Shown piece after piece: positions 47,150-57,485 of a stretch of DNA of 64,000 nucleotides. How positions within the stretch are numbered: the stretch's first letter is position 1; each line of letters opens with the position of its first letter. Source of the stretch: Polyangiales bacterium (GTDB taxonomy: Bacteria; Myxococcota_A; Polyangia; Polyangiales; JADJQN01); NCBI GenBank assembly GCA_964202905.1, contig CAXNJO010000004.1, positions 480,001 to 544,000 of the forward strand, written 5' to 3'. The notes beneath the pieces were generated by a model. It was not told the origin of the DNA. It saw nothing but the letters and a program-made list of their open reading frames with translations, and ran no database searches. Position numbers and translations under genes: made by a program.

Positions 47150-48012
47150 GCCTTCTTCTCCGCGTAGTCGTAGAAGCCGCGGCCCGACTTGCGACCGAGC
47201 CAACCCGCGGCGACGTAGTTCCGCAGGATCGTGGGCGGGCGGTACTTGTCGTCGCCGAACTCGCGGTGCAGCACCTCGGCGATCGAGAGCACGGTGTCGA
47301 GGCCGATGAGGTCGGCGAGCTCGCAGGGTCCCATCGGATGGTTGAGCCCGAGCTTCGCGCCGTTGTCGATGTCCTCCGCGGTGCCGAGGCCTTCCTGCAG
47401 GGCGAAGCACGCCTCGTTCAGGAAGGGGATGAGCATCCGGTTGACGATGAAGCCGGGGACGTCCTTCGCGGTGATGAGCGTCTTGCCCATGCGCAGCGCG
47501 AGCTCGCGCGTCGTCTCGTACGTCGCGTCGCTCGTCTGCAACGCGCGCACGATCTCGACGAGCTTCATGACCGGCACGGGGTTCATGAAGTGCATGCCGA
47601 TCACGTTCGCCGGGCGCTTCACCGCGCCGGCGAGCTTCGTGAGAGAGATCGAGGAGGTGTTGCTCGCGAGGATCGCGTGCGGCGCGAGGACCGCGTCCGC
47701 CTGCTGGAAGATCTTCAGCTTCAGCTCGGTGACCTCCGTCGCCGCCTCGACGACGTAGTCGCACGCCGACAAATCGGCGTAGTCGCCGACCGGGGTGAGC
47801 CGCGCGAGGATGCGGTCGCGCTCGGCGCCCTCGAGCTTGCCGCGCTCGACCTGCCGCGCGAGATCCTTGCCGATCCGCGCGACGCCCTGCTCCGCCTGCG
47901 CGAGCGTAGCGTCGAGCAACCGGACGTCGAAGCCCGACTGCGCCGCGACCTGCGCGACTCCGCGTCCCATCTGGCCCGCGCCGATCACGCCGAACACATG
48001 AATCTCCGCCAT
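47146..48012 (-). CDS. hbd: 3-hydroxybutyryl-CoA dehydrogenase
   Basis: GAGQMG, SNTSS, GMHFMNP, GFIVNR, HPMGP and LGRKSGRGFY motifs. Confidence 0.94.
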   Translation of the reverse strand: MAEIHVFGVIGAGQMGRGVAQVAAQSGFDVRLLDATLAQAEQGVARIGKDLARQVERGKLEGAERDRILARLTPVGDYADLSACDYVVEAATEVTELKLKIFQQADAVLAPHAILASNTSSISLTKLAGAVKRPANVIGMHFMNPVPVMKLVEIVRALQTSDATYETTRELALRMGKTLITAKDVPGFIVNRMLIPFLNEACFALQEGLGTAEDIDNGAKLGLNHPMGPCELADLIGLDTVLSIAEVLHREFGDDKYRPPTILRNYVAAGWLGRKSGRGFYDYAEKKA

Positions 48013-48119
48013 CGGTTCACCTCGAATGGCGACGGGGTTAGCGCGGGGACCGAGCGCGTCAAGGCGCGGTGCGTCAGCGCCAGCGGCCTCCGTGGCCGCG
48101 CAGAGTCCGCCCGTCGACG

Positions 48120-50048
48120 TCAGGTCGTGACGCGCGCGCGCAGGCGCCGCGGGGCTTCATAACGGGCCCAGCGCTGGTCGTCCTCGCGGCGGAGGCGGAC
48201 GCGCGCCGCGTAGGCGCCCGGCTCGCCCTCGAGCGCCTGCTCGAGCTCCTCGACGTCCATGTAGAGCGCGTCCTCCGGCGTCTCGAGGACGCCCGCGTCG
48301 CAGAGCCGTTCCCCCGCGACGACCGCCGCCTCGCGCAAGCGCAGCAGCCCGAGCGCGAGGGCTTCGGCGACCTCTCCCTTCGCGTCGGCGAGCCCCGAGA
48401 GCACGAGGGCGACCGCACGCACGACGGCCTCGCGGCTCCGCCCGAACGCGCGGCCCCGCGCGGTGTCGCCGAGCCTGCGTACGGCGGCGCGGCGCGCTTC
48501 CTCGCGCGCGTCGTGATCGCCGTGCGGCTCACCCGATGCGCGCGCCGCGAGCGTCGCCGCGAGCGTCGCGTCGGACTCGCCCCAGGCGCGCGGCGTGATG
48601 TCGAGGCCGAGCGCGCGGACGCCGGCGACGGCGCGGCGCGTCTCGTCCCACTGACGCCGCAGGCTTGGCGGCAGGGCCGTCACCGGGGTGCTTGACGCGA
48701 TCGAGGCGTCGCGCAGCGCGGCGGCGAGGCGGTCGAGGCGCTCGTCGGCGCGACGGCGGTCCCGCGTCGCGCGGGGCGCGGCAAGCGCGATGTATGCGTC
48801 GCGCGGGAGCTCGCCCGCTGCGGCCTCGACCGCGGGCAGCGCGGCGAGCGTCGCGACGCGCGCGCGGTCGAGCAGCACGAGCGCGTCGACGACGAGTTGC
48901 TGCCGCTCGCGGATCTGCGTGACGAGGCCCGGATCGCTGAGGCGGCGGAGGTCGATGGCGTCCGCCCGCGCGAGGCGCGCGGCGAGCTCACGGGCGAAGC
49001 GGCGCGCGGCGGCGAGCGGGGAGGCGACGTCCCCGGCGACCCGCGCTGCGTCGCGGCCGGCGCGCGCGAGCGGCGAGCCGGGGAGCGTCGCGAGCGCCGC
49101 ACCGACGCCGGGGAGGCCGTCGATGCGCTTGTAGGGGCGCGCATACACACGCCGCACGCGCGGCTCGTCGGTAGCCGCGTCGTCGCGCCCGAGGGCCTTG
49201 TCGATCGCGTCGACGGCGAGCGGGGCGACGGTGCCCTCGTCCTCGGCCATGAGCGCCACGCGACGGTAGGCCGCCCCCGTGAAGCGAGGCACGAGCGGGA
49301 GCTCGCGCGCCGACGCCACGTACATGCGCCCGTCGGCCACGACCCAGCGCACCTCGACGGGGCGACCGAGCGCGAGTTGCGCGCGATCGACGAGATCGGC
49401 CGCGCGCGCAGCACGATCGTCGTCGAGGGGCGCGTCGCCTTCGAGCGTGAGGCGCATCGTGCGGCGGTCGACGATCCATGGCCGCGCACCGTCCGTCCAG
49501 ACGGCGACCATGTCCGGATCGCCGTCGCCCGGGTCCGCGCTCGCGGCCGTCCCGGACGTCGCGACCCCTTCGCGCTCCGCGCCCACGAGCGACACGCGCG
49601 CGAACACGCCGTCGAGGACGCCGGCACGGGAGGCGCCGTGGCCGAGCGAGCGCGTGAGCGCGCGTGCGATCGCCTCCGAGACGGCGTCCGCGGAGGCGTC
49701 GTCGGTCACCTCCGGAAGTCGCGGGAAATCTCGGCCGAAGCGCGACTGCGCGTCACGCGACGCGAACCACGCGCCCACCGTCACGCGACCGCTGCCCCCA
49801 TGCCCGCGGGACCACGCGAGCGCGGTGCGCAGAACCGCCGCCAGCGCGTCCGTCCCGGGCGCCGCCCCACCTTCGTCCGCACACGGGACGACCCAGCCGC
49901 CGGCGAGAGGAATCCCCGCCTCGGCGAGCCGCGCGAGCCACTCGGCCTCGTCGCCGAGCGCCGACCCGTCGCTGGCGCGCAGGGCGGGGAGCCAACGCAC
50001 CCCGCGTGGGAGGTTCCCCGGAGGTGCCTCGAGCGAGGGCCGTGACAT
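48120..50048 (-). CDS. Degenerate PEP-synthase/rifampin-phosphotransferase-like protein lacking the phospho-His domain
   Basis: N-terminal [37 protein letters not shown] (cf. G.P.DIEW..QARP) and GERL..GVLE.PED.LYM; the protein ends before any PEP-utiliser mobile domain. Confidence 0.55.
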   Translation of the reverse strand: MSRPSLEAPPGNLPRGVRWLPALRASDGSALGDEAEWLARLAEAGIPLAGGWVVPCADEGGAAPGTDALAAVLRTALAWSRGHGGSGRVTVGAWFASRDAQSRFGRDFPRLPEVTDDASADAVSEAIARALTRSLGHGASRAGVLDGVFARVSLVGAEREGVATSGTAASADPGDGDPDMVAVWTDGARPWIVDRRTMRLTLEGDAPLDDDRAARAADLVDRAQLALGRPVEVRWVVADGRMYVASARELPLVPRFTGAAYRRVALMAEDEGTVAPLAVDAIDKALGRDDAATDEPRVRRVYARPYKRIDGLPGVGAALATLPGSPLARAGRDAARVAGDVASPLAAARRFARELAARLARADAIDLRRLSDPGLVTQIRERQQLVVDALVLLDRARVATLAALPAVEAAAGELPRDAYIALAAPRATRDRRRADERLDRLAAALRDASIASSTPVTALPPSLRRQWDETRRAVAGVRALGLDITPRAWGESDATLAATLAARASGEPHGDHDAREEARRAAVRRLGDTARGRAFGRSREAVVRAVALVLSGLADAKGEVAEALALGLLRLREAAVVAGERLCDAGVLETPEDALYMDVEELEQALEGEPGAYAARVRLRREDDQRWARYEAPRRLRARVTT

Positions 50049-50130
50049 CCGCGCGGACCGTAGCGCGGAACCGCGACGATCCGCCAGCGTCACCGCGGGC
50101 CCGGCGCAGCCGCCGGGCCGAGGTGCGTGC

Positions 50131-51312
50131 TCAGCCGATGCGCTCGACGAGCACCGCGACGGCCTCGCCGCCGCCGATGCAGAGCGTCGCGAGGCCGCGC
50201 TTCGCGGCGCGGTCCTCGAGGGCGTGCAGCAGCGTGACGAGCACGCGCGCGCCGCTCGCCCCGATCGGGTGGCCAAGCGCCACGGCGCCGCCGCGGACGT
50301 TCACCTTCGCCGCGTCGAGGCCGACCTTCTCGATCGCGGCCATCGCGACGACGGCGAAGGCCTCGTTGACCTCGTAGAGGTCGACGTCGCCGGCCTGCAA
50401 TCCGGCGCGCGCGAGCGTCACCTGGATCGCGCCAACCGGCGCGGTCGTGAACCACTCGGGCGCCTGCGCGTGGCCGCCGTAAGCGGTGATCTTCGCGATC
50501 GGCTTGAGGCCGTGGCGCGCGACCGCCTCGCCCGAGGCGAGGACCAGCGCGGCGGCGCCGTCGTTGATCTTCGAGGCGTTCGCCGCCGTGACGGTGCCAT
50601 CCTTGGAGAAGGCAGGGCGCAGGCCGGCCATCTTGTCGGCGTTGCCGCGCTTCGGCTCCTCGTCCTCGGCGACGACGACGTCACCCTTGCGGCTGCTCAC
50701 GGTGACGGGCGCGATCTCGCGGGCGAAGGCGCCCTCGGCCTGCGCGGCGAGCGCGCGGCGGTAGCTCTCCCGCGCGAACGCGTCCTGCGCCTCGCGCGTG
50801 AACCCGAGCTCGCGGGCGCAGAGGTCGCCGGCGTTGCCCATCGGGAAGTTGCCGTACGGGTCCCACAGGCCGTCGGCCATCATCGAGTCCACGACCTCGC
50901 CGTGCCCCATGCGGAAGCCGCCACGCGCCTTCGGCAGGAGATAAGGGGCGTTCGTCATCGACTCCATACCGCCCGCCACGACGATGTCGGCGTCGCCGAG
51001 CAGGATGGACTTCGCGCCGAAGATCACAGCCTGCAGACCGGAGCCGCACACCTTGCCGACGGTCGTCGCCGGGGTCTTGTCGGGGATACCCGCGTACTTC
51101 GCGGCCTGCCGCGCGGGGGCCTGGCCGACACCGCCGGTCAGCACGTTGCCCATGAACGTTTCGTCGACGTGCTCCGCGGCGACGCCAGCGCGCTCGAGCG
51201 CGGCCTTGATCGCCACGGCGCCGAGGCGCGGGGCGCTCAGTTCCGCGAACGCTCCCTGAAACGAGGCGATGGGCGTACGGGCCGAGCCGACGATGAACAC
51301 TTCACGAACCAT
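50131..51312 (-). CDS. atoB: Acetyl-CoA C-acetyltransferase (thiolase)
   Basis: [31 protein letters not shown] and CIGGG motifs. Confidence 0.93.
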   Translation of the reverse strand: MVREVFIVGSARTPIASFQGAFAELSAPRLGAVAIKAALERAGVAAEHVDETFMGNVLTGGVGQAPARQAAKYAGIPDKTPATTVGKVCGSGLQAVIFGAKSILLGDADIVVAGGMESMTNAPYLLPKARGGFRMGHGEVVDSMMADGLWDPYGNFPMGNAGDLCARELGFTREAQDAFARESYRRALAAQAEGAFAREIAPVTVSSRKGDVVVAEDEEPKRGNADKMAGLRPAFSKDGTVTAANASKINDGAAALVLASGEAVARHGLKPIAKITAYGGHAQAPEWFTTAPVGAIQVTLARAGLQAGDVDLYEVNEAFAVVAMAAIEKVGLDAAKVNVRGGAVALGHPIGASGARVLVTLLHALEDRAAKRGLATLCIGGGEAVAVLVERIG

Positions 51313-51554
51313 GGTGAGCCTCCTCTGGACACGGCGCGCTCCCGACGCGGGCCGCGGGTCGGCGCGTCTTTGGCGTGCGCGCGGCAGGCTGTCAACCGCG
51401 GGGCTTGCAGCCCACGGCGACGGTCAGGGAGGTCGAACGAGGCATCGCGTCGGGATCCCGGAGCGAGCCACGCACGGCCTCCCAGGAACGGCGAGGACGC
51501 ACATCGGCGAGCGCGAGCAAGGAGGCCCCCGCCCATCGTTCGCGTCCGACGCCG

Positions 51555-53594
51555 TCAGGGTCCGGCGTCGGGGGCTCCGGCGTCGATGTCGGCAACCGCA
51601 GCGTCCGCCGCGCCGGCGTCGCGGCGCCCCGCGTCGCCCGCACCCGCGTCGCGCACGACGAGCGGCTCGTCGACGCACTCGAGCGCGGCCGCGGGACGAG
51701 GCCCGAAGGGGAGCACCTCGGCGAAGGAGACGGCCCGCACGCGGCGCGCGTCCATCGCGTCATCGAAGCGCTCGAAGCCACCCGTCACGAGCAGGCGCTC
51801 GCCCGGCAGCAGCGTCGCGGCGTGCCCCCAGCGCCCCGTCGCCAGGCTCGGCAGCGCGTTGAACGTGTAGACGCCGCCCGCGTCGCGCGCGACGACACCT
51901 GCCTGCCGCAACCCCTCGAGGCGCTTGCCCGCCACGACGCCGGCCCCGCCCACGAGCACGACGCCGCGCGCGGTCGCGGTCGCGCTGTGGAAGATGGACG
52001 CCTGGTAGCCCGCGGGCAGCGGGACGCCGGTCGCCGTCGGTGCTCCCGAATCGGAGAACACCACGACCGAGAGCGGGCGTGCCGTCGGATAGAGCGTGGT
52101 GATGCCGCGACCGACGCAGTCCTCGCCGTTCACGAGGAGCCCGCCCGCGATCAACACCGCCCGCGGCGCGATCGGGGTCGCCGTGTGGAACGCCGTCGGC
52201 TCCGGCAGCGCGTCGCCCACCGGGTCGGGCAGCGTCACCGGACAGTCGAGGTCGGTGCCGCCGCCGATCACGCGCGTCGGCGAACCGGCGGCGATGAGCT
52301 CGCCGGCGAGCGCACGGGCCTGCCGGTCGTCCATCTCCGCCACCGAGCCGCCCCAGACGAACACGTTCGCATCGCCGAGCGCGGTCGCCGTCGCGCCGAG
52401 CCGCGCGGTCGCGAGCGTGCTCGCGCCGAGGCTCGTCGGGACGGCGCCCGTCGGCCCCACCCAGAATGCGCGCGGGGGCGCCGCGAACGCAGGCGTGCGC
52501 GCGCCCCCCGTGAAGGCGCCCGCGCCGAGCACGAGCAGTGCTGGCCCACCAGGTTCGAGGTCCCCGCTGACGGCGACGAAGCCCGTGCCGACGGCATCCG
52601 GATTCCCCAATGAAAGCGGGGAGATCGACACGGATCGCGCCCTCGGATCGTACGTGAGCCGGAGGGCCGGACCGGGCGCGGCGTCCTCGGCCGGCACGAG
52701 CGGCGAGCCGACCGCGTTCTCGCTCTGCGCCTCGTCGAGGAAGAGCACCGCGCGGCCGCTCGCCTCGTAGCCCCCGTAGAGCGCGATCGTGTACGGACCC
52801 GCGGCGGGACCGGGCAACAGCCGTGACGCGAAGAGCACGCGACCGCGCCACTCGTAGGCGCCGCCGACGCGGATCGGCACCAGCCGCTGCCCGACCGCGT
52901 CGTACGCCTCGATGCCGGGCTGGAGCGTCGCGCCCTTGGTGCCGCTCGGCGAGATGGTCGGGTCGATGTCGCTGCCGAAGACGCCCCCATAAAGGAGCAC
53001 CTCGCCGTTCGGCAGCAGGGTGGCCGCGTGCAGCGCGCGGGGCAGCGCCGCGCCCGAGGCCGAGCCGGGCGCGCAGCTCCACGCCGGGTCGACGCCACGC
53101 CGCTCGAGGCGCACGCGCACGGGCGCCCCCACCTGGAAGCCGCGCGCGGTCGCGCTGGCGAACACGTCGCCGTCGGCGTCGTAGCCCGTCACCGTCAACT
53201 CGAAGGCCCCCCCGCTCGCCTCGGTGTCGAACGACACGACGGCCGAGCGCGGGAAGCGCAGCACGCGGGCCCCGGCCGCGTCGTGGTCCCCCCCCGTCCG
53301 CACGAGCCCGACGGGCTCGCAGCCCTCATCCGTGCGGCGGCAGAGCTCGAACGCGAGGCAGACGACCTCGCTCGGAAGCGCCTCCTCGCGCTCTGCGGCG
53401 CAGGAGTTCTCCCCCGTGTCGGTCGCCACAGACGACAACGCGGCGAGTTCGACGGTGAGCGTCGCGAATTCCGAGTCGTCCCCGCAACCCGCGACGGCCA
53501 ACAGGCCGACCGCCAACCCGACGAGAACGACCCGGCCGGGGGCGTGTGCGCGCCGGGCAGCCGGCGCCTGAGATGAAAGAAAACGAGCGCTCAC
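51555..53594 (-). CDS. Kelch-repeat lipoprotein
   Basis: Lipobox VAGC; repeated R..H.AT.L..G.VL..GG kelch motifs; DAG-repeat tail; GTG overlaps the meaB stop. Confidence 0.8.
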   Translation of the reverse strand: MSARFLSSQAPAARRAHAPGRVVLVGLAVGLLAVAGCGDDSEFATLTVELAALSSVATDTGENSCAAEREEALPSEVVCLAFELCRRTDEGCEPVGLVRTGGDHDAAGARVLRFPRSAVVSFDTEASGGAFELTVTGYDADGDVFASATARGFQVGAPVRVRLERRGVDPAWSCAPGSASGAALPRALHAATLLPNGEVLLYGGVFGSDIDPTISPSGTKGATLQPGIEAYDAVGQRLVPIRVGGAYEWRGRVLFASRLLPGPAAGPYTIALYGGYEASGRAVLFLDEAQSENAVGSPLVPAEDAAPGPALRLTYDPRARSVSISPLSLGNPDAVGTGFVAVSGDLEPGGPALLVLGAGAFTGGARTPAFAAPPRAFWVGPTGAVPTSLGASTLATARLGATATALGDANVFVWGGSVAEMDDRQARALAGELIAAGSPTRVIGGGTDLDCPVTLPDPVGDALPEPTAFHTATPIAPRAVLIAGGLLVNGEDCVGRGITTLYPTARPLSVVVFSDSGAPTATGVPLPAGYQASIFHSATATARGVVLVGGAGVVAGKRLEGLRQAGVVARDAGGVYTFNALPSLATGRWGHAATLLPGERLLVTGGFERFDDAMDARRVRAVSFAEVLPFGPRPAAALECVDEPLVVRDAGAGDAGRRDAGAADAAVADIDAGAPDAGP

Positions 53595-54652
53595 GAGGGG
53601 CCTCCAGCGAGCAGCACGTGCACGAGCTGCTCGGACACGGTGTACGGGTCGTCCTCGCGCGCGAGGAGACGCGCGAGCGCAGCCTCCTGCGCTGCGCCGA
53701 CCCGCTGCGCGGCCACGACAAGGAGCGTGTCGCGGAAGATCATGGCCAGCTCCTCCCGCACGCGCTCGACGTGTTTGCGCGCGCCGTCCTCGGTCGTGTC
53801 GAGGTGGGCGCGGTGCGCGTCGCACGCGGCGACGAGCGCGGAGACGTTGTCGTTGCGCGATGCGATCGTCTTCACGACCGGCGGCTCCCAAGGGCCGCCG
53901 GTCGTGCGCTGCTCGCGCGCGACGCGGTGCACGTGGGCGGCCGAGTGGCTCGAGGCGCTCGCCGCCGCGACGGCCGTCTCGCGGGTCAGCGCGATCATCT
54001 GCTCGAGGTCGCGCACGGTCGCGTCGGCGCCCTCCCTGTCGGCCTTGTTCACGGCGAACACGTCCGCGATCTCGAGGATGCCCGCCTTGATCGCCTGGAT
54101 GTCGTCGCCCATCCCGGGCGCCATCACGACGACGGTCGTGTGCGCGAGGCGCGTCACCTCGAGTTCGTCCTGACCGACGCCGACGGTCTCCACGAAGATG
54201 GTGTCGCAGCCGTACGCGTCGAGGACGCGAATGACATCGCCCGCCGAGCGGGAGAGCCCGCCGAGGTGCCCACGCGTCGCGAGTGAGCGGATGAAGACAT
54301 CGGGGTCGAGGAAGTGCCGCTGCATGCGGATCCGATCGCCGAGGATCGCGCCGCCCGTGTACGGGCTGGTAGGGTCGACCGCGACGACGCCGACCTTTCG
54401 CCCGCGCTTGCGCTCGTGCTCGATGAGGCGATCCGTGAGCGTGCTCTTGCCAGCGCCCGGCGTCCCGGTGATCCCGACGATCCACGCGCGACCGGTGCGC
54501 GGATAGAGTTCCTTCAGCAGGTCGAGGTAGCCGCTGTTGCGGTCGTCGACGAGACGCATCGCGCGGGCGGCGGCGCGCATCTCGCCCGCAAGCACGCGGG
54601 CAGCGAGGTCGCTCCGGCTCCCGCCGGCGGGCGCTGGGTCAGCGTGGGTCAC
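53591..54652 (-). CDS. meaB: Methylmalonyl-CoA mutase-associated GTPase MeaB
   Basis: GITGTPGAGKST, VDPTSP..GGAILGDRIRM, ETVGVGQ, QAIKAGILE and NKAD motifs. Confidence 0.96.
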   Translation of the reverse strand: MTHADPAPAGGSRSDLAARVLAGEMRAAARAMRLVDDRNSGYLDLLKELYPRTGRAWIVGITGTPGAGKSTLTDRLIEHERKRGRKVGVVAVDPTSPYTGGAILGDRIRMQRHFLDPDVFIRSLATRGHLGGLSRSAGDVIRVLDAYGCDTIFVETVGVGQDELEVTRLAHTTVVVMAPGMGDDIQAIKAGILEIADVFAVNKADREGADATVRDLEQMIALTRETAVAAASASSHSAAHVHRVAREQRTTGGPWEPPVVKTIASRNDNVSALVAACDAHRAHLDTTEDGARKHVERVREELAMIFRDTLLVVAAQRVGAAQEAALARLLAREDDPYTVSEQLVHVLLAGGPS

Positions 54653-54966
54653 GGCGCGACGCTAGCACGCCGACGCTCACGGATGACCGGTCACGCACGC
54701 GTCGGCGCGCACGCGGACGACGAGAGGCCACGCGCCGCGGGCGCAGGCGGGCGCAACGCGGCGCGCGCGACGAGCACTCGGCCAGGCGCATCGCAGCGAC
54801 GGCATCGAGGCCCCGGCTGAGTGTCTCGCCGTGACGGCCACGGGGCGGCCGAGACGCGCATCGCATCGCCACCGACGAACGCCACGACGCTGGACCACGA
54901 AGCACGACCGCGGGGTGCGAACGCGACGGCATCGGCGAACGCGACGGCGTCCACGGATCGGTACCA

Positions 54967-55006
54967 ACGAAAACGCCGCCGAGCGGGGGCTCGACGGCGG
55001 CTTCGT
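54967..55006 (-). terminator. Probable terminator downstream of tRNA-Val
   Basis: Minus-strand GC stem (GCCGCC..GAGC/GCTCGGCGGC) followed by GTTTTCGTT. Confidence 0.6.
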
Positions 55007-55034
55007 GGGGCGCGGTGGGGGTCACCGGCGCCGG

Positions 55035-55106
55035 TGGGCAATGCTGGATTTGAACCAGCGACTTCCTCCGTGTGAAGAAGGCACTCTACCCCTGAGTTAA
55101 TCGCCC
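55035..55106 (-). tRNA. tRNA-Val (anticodon CAC), CCA not encoded
   Basis: Cloverleaf GGGCGAT TA ACTC AGGGGTA GAGT G CCTTC TT-CAC-AC GGAGG AAGTC GCTGG TTCAAAT CCAGC ATTGCCC A, followed by CCG. Confidence 0.97.
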
Positions 55107-55122
55107 TGGCTGCGGGAGGCGG

Positions 55123-55151
55123 TTCTTAGCAAGGCCCTCCTCGGGGCGCAA
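55123..55151 (-). promoter_or_regulatory. tRNA promoter TTGCGC-N17-TAAGAA
   Basis: Same -35 hexamer and spacing as the rnpB promoter; TG extension present. Confidence 0.55.
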
Positions 55152-55184
55152 GCTCCGACCCGCACCCGCCTACGCGACGACGCG

Positions 55185-57374
55185 TCAGCCCTTCTCGCCG
55201 AGCCGCGCGCGCAGCAGGTCACCGAACGTGCCGAGCCCCTGCTTGCTCGCCTCGCGACGGTAGTCCTGCACGGCGCGCTTCTCCTCGTCGTGGAGCAGCG
55301 CCTTGCGGGAGAGCTTGAGGCCGCCTTCCCGGTCCGTCCCGATGATCTTGGCGTCGAGCTTCGTGCCGACCGGGAACTTGCGACGGTGATCCGTCCCGCG
55401 CTCGGTCGCCATCTCGGCGTTCGGGATGTAACCGCGGCCCTTGCGACCGAGGACGCCCTCGAGCTGCACGAACACCCCGTGCTGCTCGACGCGATCGACG
55501 ATGACCTTGAGCGACGCGCCCGCCTTCGGTGCACGCGCCTTGAAGGCGTCAGCCGTGAGCTCGCCCGACTCCATCGCCGCGGCGTTCGCTGCCGAGAGCT
55601 TGGAGAGCGAGAGACGGCGCGCCTTCTTGTCCGCGCGCTCGATGAGCACCCAGACCTCCTCGCCCTCCTTCGCCGCGTCGCGCGCGTGTTGAAGGTTCGT
55701 CCCGAGCTCGCTGACGTGGAGGAGCCCCTCGACGCCCGGCGCGACCTCGACGAACGCTCCGAACTCCGCGACGCGCGTGATGCGCCCCTTGAAGACGCGG
55801 CCCTCTGCGACCGCGTCGCCGTGCGCATCCCACGGATCGGCCGCAACGGACTTCAGCGAGAGGCCGATTCGCTCGTGCCGCTCCTTCTTATCCTTGCGGT
55901 CCGGCAGACGGATGATCTGTGCCTCGAGCACGTCGCCGACCCGCGCGACGTCCGCCGGCGCGAGGCTGCGGTCCCACGACATCTCGCTGACGTGGACCAT
56001 TCCCTCGAGGCCGCCACCGATGTCGATGAACAGCCCGAAGTCGCGAACCTGCGTGACGACGCCACGCACGCGCTCGCCGACCTGCAGCGTCTTGACGCGC
56101 TCGCGCGCCTGCTTGCGGGACTCACGCTCGAGGATCGCCCGGCGCGAGACCACGAGCCCGTGCGTGCCTGCCTTGGCGGGGGGCACGGAGAACTCGAGTT
56201 TGCGCCCAACGAACTCGGCGGGGTCGTCCACCGGCGCGAGCGACATGCCGCTCGCCGGACAGAACGCGCGGAGGCCGTCGACGAGCACGTCGAAACCGCC
56301 ACGGTTGAAACCGTAGACGAGGCCGACCACGCGCGTGCGATCCTCGCGCGCCTGATCGACGCGCTTGCGGGCCGCCTTGAGGTCGCGGAGGCGGTTGACG
56401 ATCGCGAGGTGGCCGCTCTCGGCGACCGCGCCGACGCGACCGCGGAAGATCTCGCCGATGGCAGGGAGCGGCGGGGGCGGCTCTTCCGGCGTGATGGGGG
56501 CCGCGAGCGTTCCCGCGTCTTCGTGATCGCCGCCGCCGTCCTCGTGGTCGACCTCGGCGGCTGCCTCCGCGGCCGCGGCCTCGGGAGCCGCGGGGGCTTC
56601 CGTGCCCGGGGCGGCGCTCACCTCGGCGACCGGGGCAGCGGCCTCGAGCTCGGTGGCGTCGGTCGCAGCGGCGCTCTCGCCCGCTTCCCCGGCGCCAGCC
56701 TCGGCTGCGCCCGCATCCGCCGCGCCAGCCTCGGCAGCACCAACACCGGCCACGCCCGCTTCGCCGGCGGGCTTCTCGGCGGCCGGGGGCGGGAGCTGCA
56801 CCTCGCGCGGCTCGAGTTCGTCGACGACGGCGATCGCCTTGCCGAACAGGTCGACGAGGATCGTGCCGTGCTCGGTCCGCGTGACGCGACCCGCGACGAC
56901 TTCACCGATCGAGAACGCGTTGCGACGGGTGCCGGGCGCGCCCTCGAAGAAGCGACCAAACGGCACCTGCGACGGATCCTTGCGCGGCGCCTGCGGCTTG
57001 CGCGGCTGCTGGGCGCGCGCTGCGGCGGCGGCCTCGTCCCCGGCCTCGCCCGGTGCCCCCTCGGTCCCCGCGGACGTCCCGCCCGCACCCTTCTTCTTGC
57101 GGCGGCGACGCTTGCGCTTCTTCGGGCCGCCCTCGCCGCCCGATGCATCGGTTCCCGACGCTTCCGCGCCGCCGTCCTCGTCTCCGTCGTCCCCGTCCTC
57201 GCTCTCGGCCCCGGGCGCATCGCCCGCCGGGGCGGCGTGCGCCGGCGACGCGGCCCCTCCGCCGGACGCGGGGGTCGAGGATTCGGAGACTGCGGGAGGA
57301 GCGCCGGAATCGCCGGCGGGCTCGTGCGGCGTCGCCTCGGACGGGGACGCTGCGAGCGTGTCGTTGTCAGCCAT
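55185..57374 (-). CDS. S1 RNA-binding domain protein (ribosomal protein S1-like paralog)
   Basis: Multiple S1 repeats (NRGGFDV..RAFCP.S, DFGLFID..EGMVHVSE, EFGAFVE..EGLLHVSEL) and terminal LGTFGDLL; long acidic disordered inserts. Confidence 0.9.
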   Translation of the reverse strand: MADNDTLAASPSEATPHEPAGDSGAPPAVSESSTPASGGGAASPAHAAPAGDAPGAESEDGDDGDEDGGAEASGTDASGGEGGPKKRKRRRRKKKGAGGTSAGTEGAPGEAGDEAAAAARAQQPRKPQAPRKDPSQVPFGRFFEGAPGTRRNAFSIGEVVAGRVTRTEHGTILVDLFGKAIAVVDELEPREVQLPPPAAEKPAGEAGVAGVGAAEAGAADAGAAEAGAGEAGESAAATDATELEAAAPVAEVSAAPGTEAPAAPEAAAAEAAAEVDHEDGGGDHEDAGTLAAPITPEEPPPPLPAIGEIFRGRVGAVAESGHLAIVNRLRDLKAARKRVDQAREDRTRVVGLVYGFNRGGFDVLVDGLRAFCPASGMSLAPVDDPAEFVGRKLEFSVPPAKAGTHGLVVSRRAILERESRKQARERVKTLQVGERVRGVVTQVRDFGLFIDIGGGLEGMVHVSEMSWDRSLAPADVARVGDVLEAQIIRLPDRKDKKERHERIGLSLKSVAADPWDAHGDAVAEGRVFKGRITRVAEFGAFVEVAPGVEGLLHVSELGTNLQHARDAAKEGEEVWVLIERADKKARRLSLSKLSAANAAAMESGELTADAFKARAPKAGASLKVIVDRVEQHGVFVQLEGVLGRKGRGYIPNAEMATERGTDHRRKFPVGTKLDAKIIGTDREGGLKLSRKALLHDEEKRAVQDYRREASKQGLGTFGDLLRARLGEKG

Positions 57375-57485
57375 GGGGAGGGCGCCTCGGATCGATGGTC
57401 GATCGTGTGGGCCCGAACCGCCTCCGCAGTCGCACTGCGCGGCGCGTTTCGGGCGCGAAAACCCCGCGCGAGCGGGGCCGCCAGA

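Noticed and set aside
48120..50048. Functional rifampin-resistance phosphotransferase
   Set aside because: The catalytic His domain is absent and the ATP-binding motifs are degenerate.
54660..55106. Genomic island integrated at tRNA-Val
   Set aside because: No integrase, no duplicated tRNA 3' end seen, no compositional shift; meaB follows directly.
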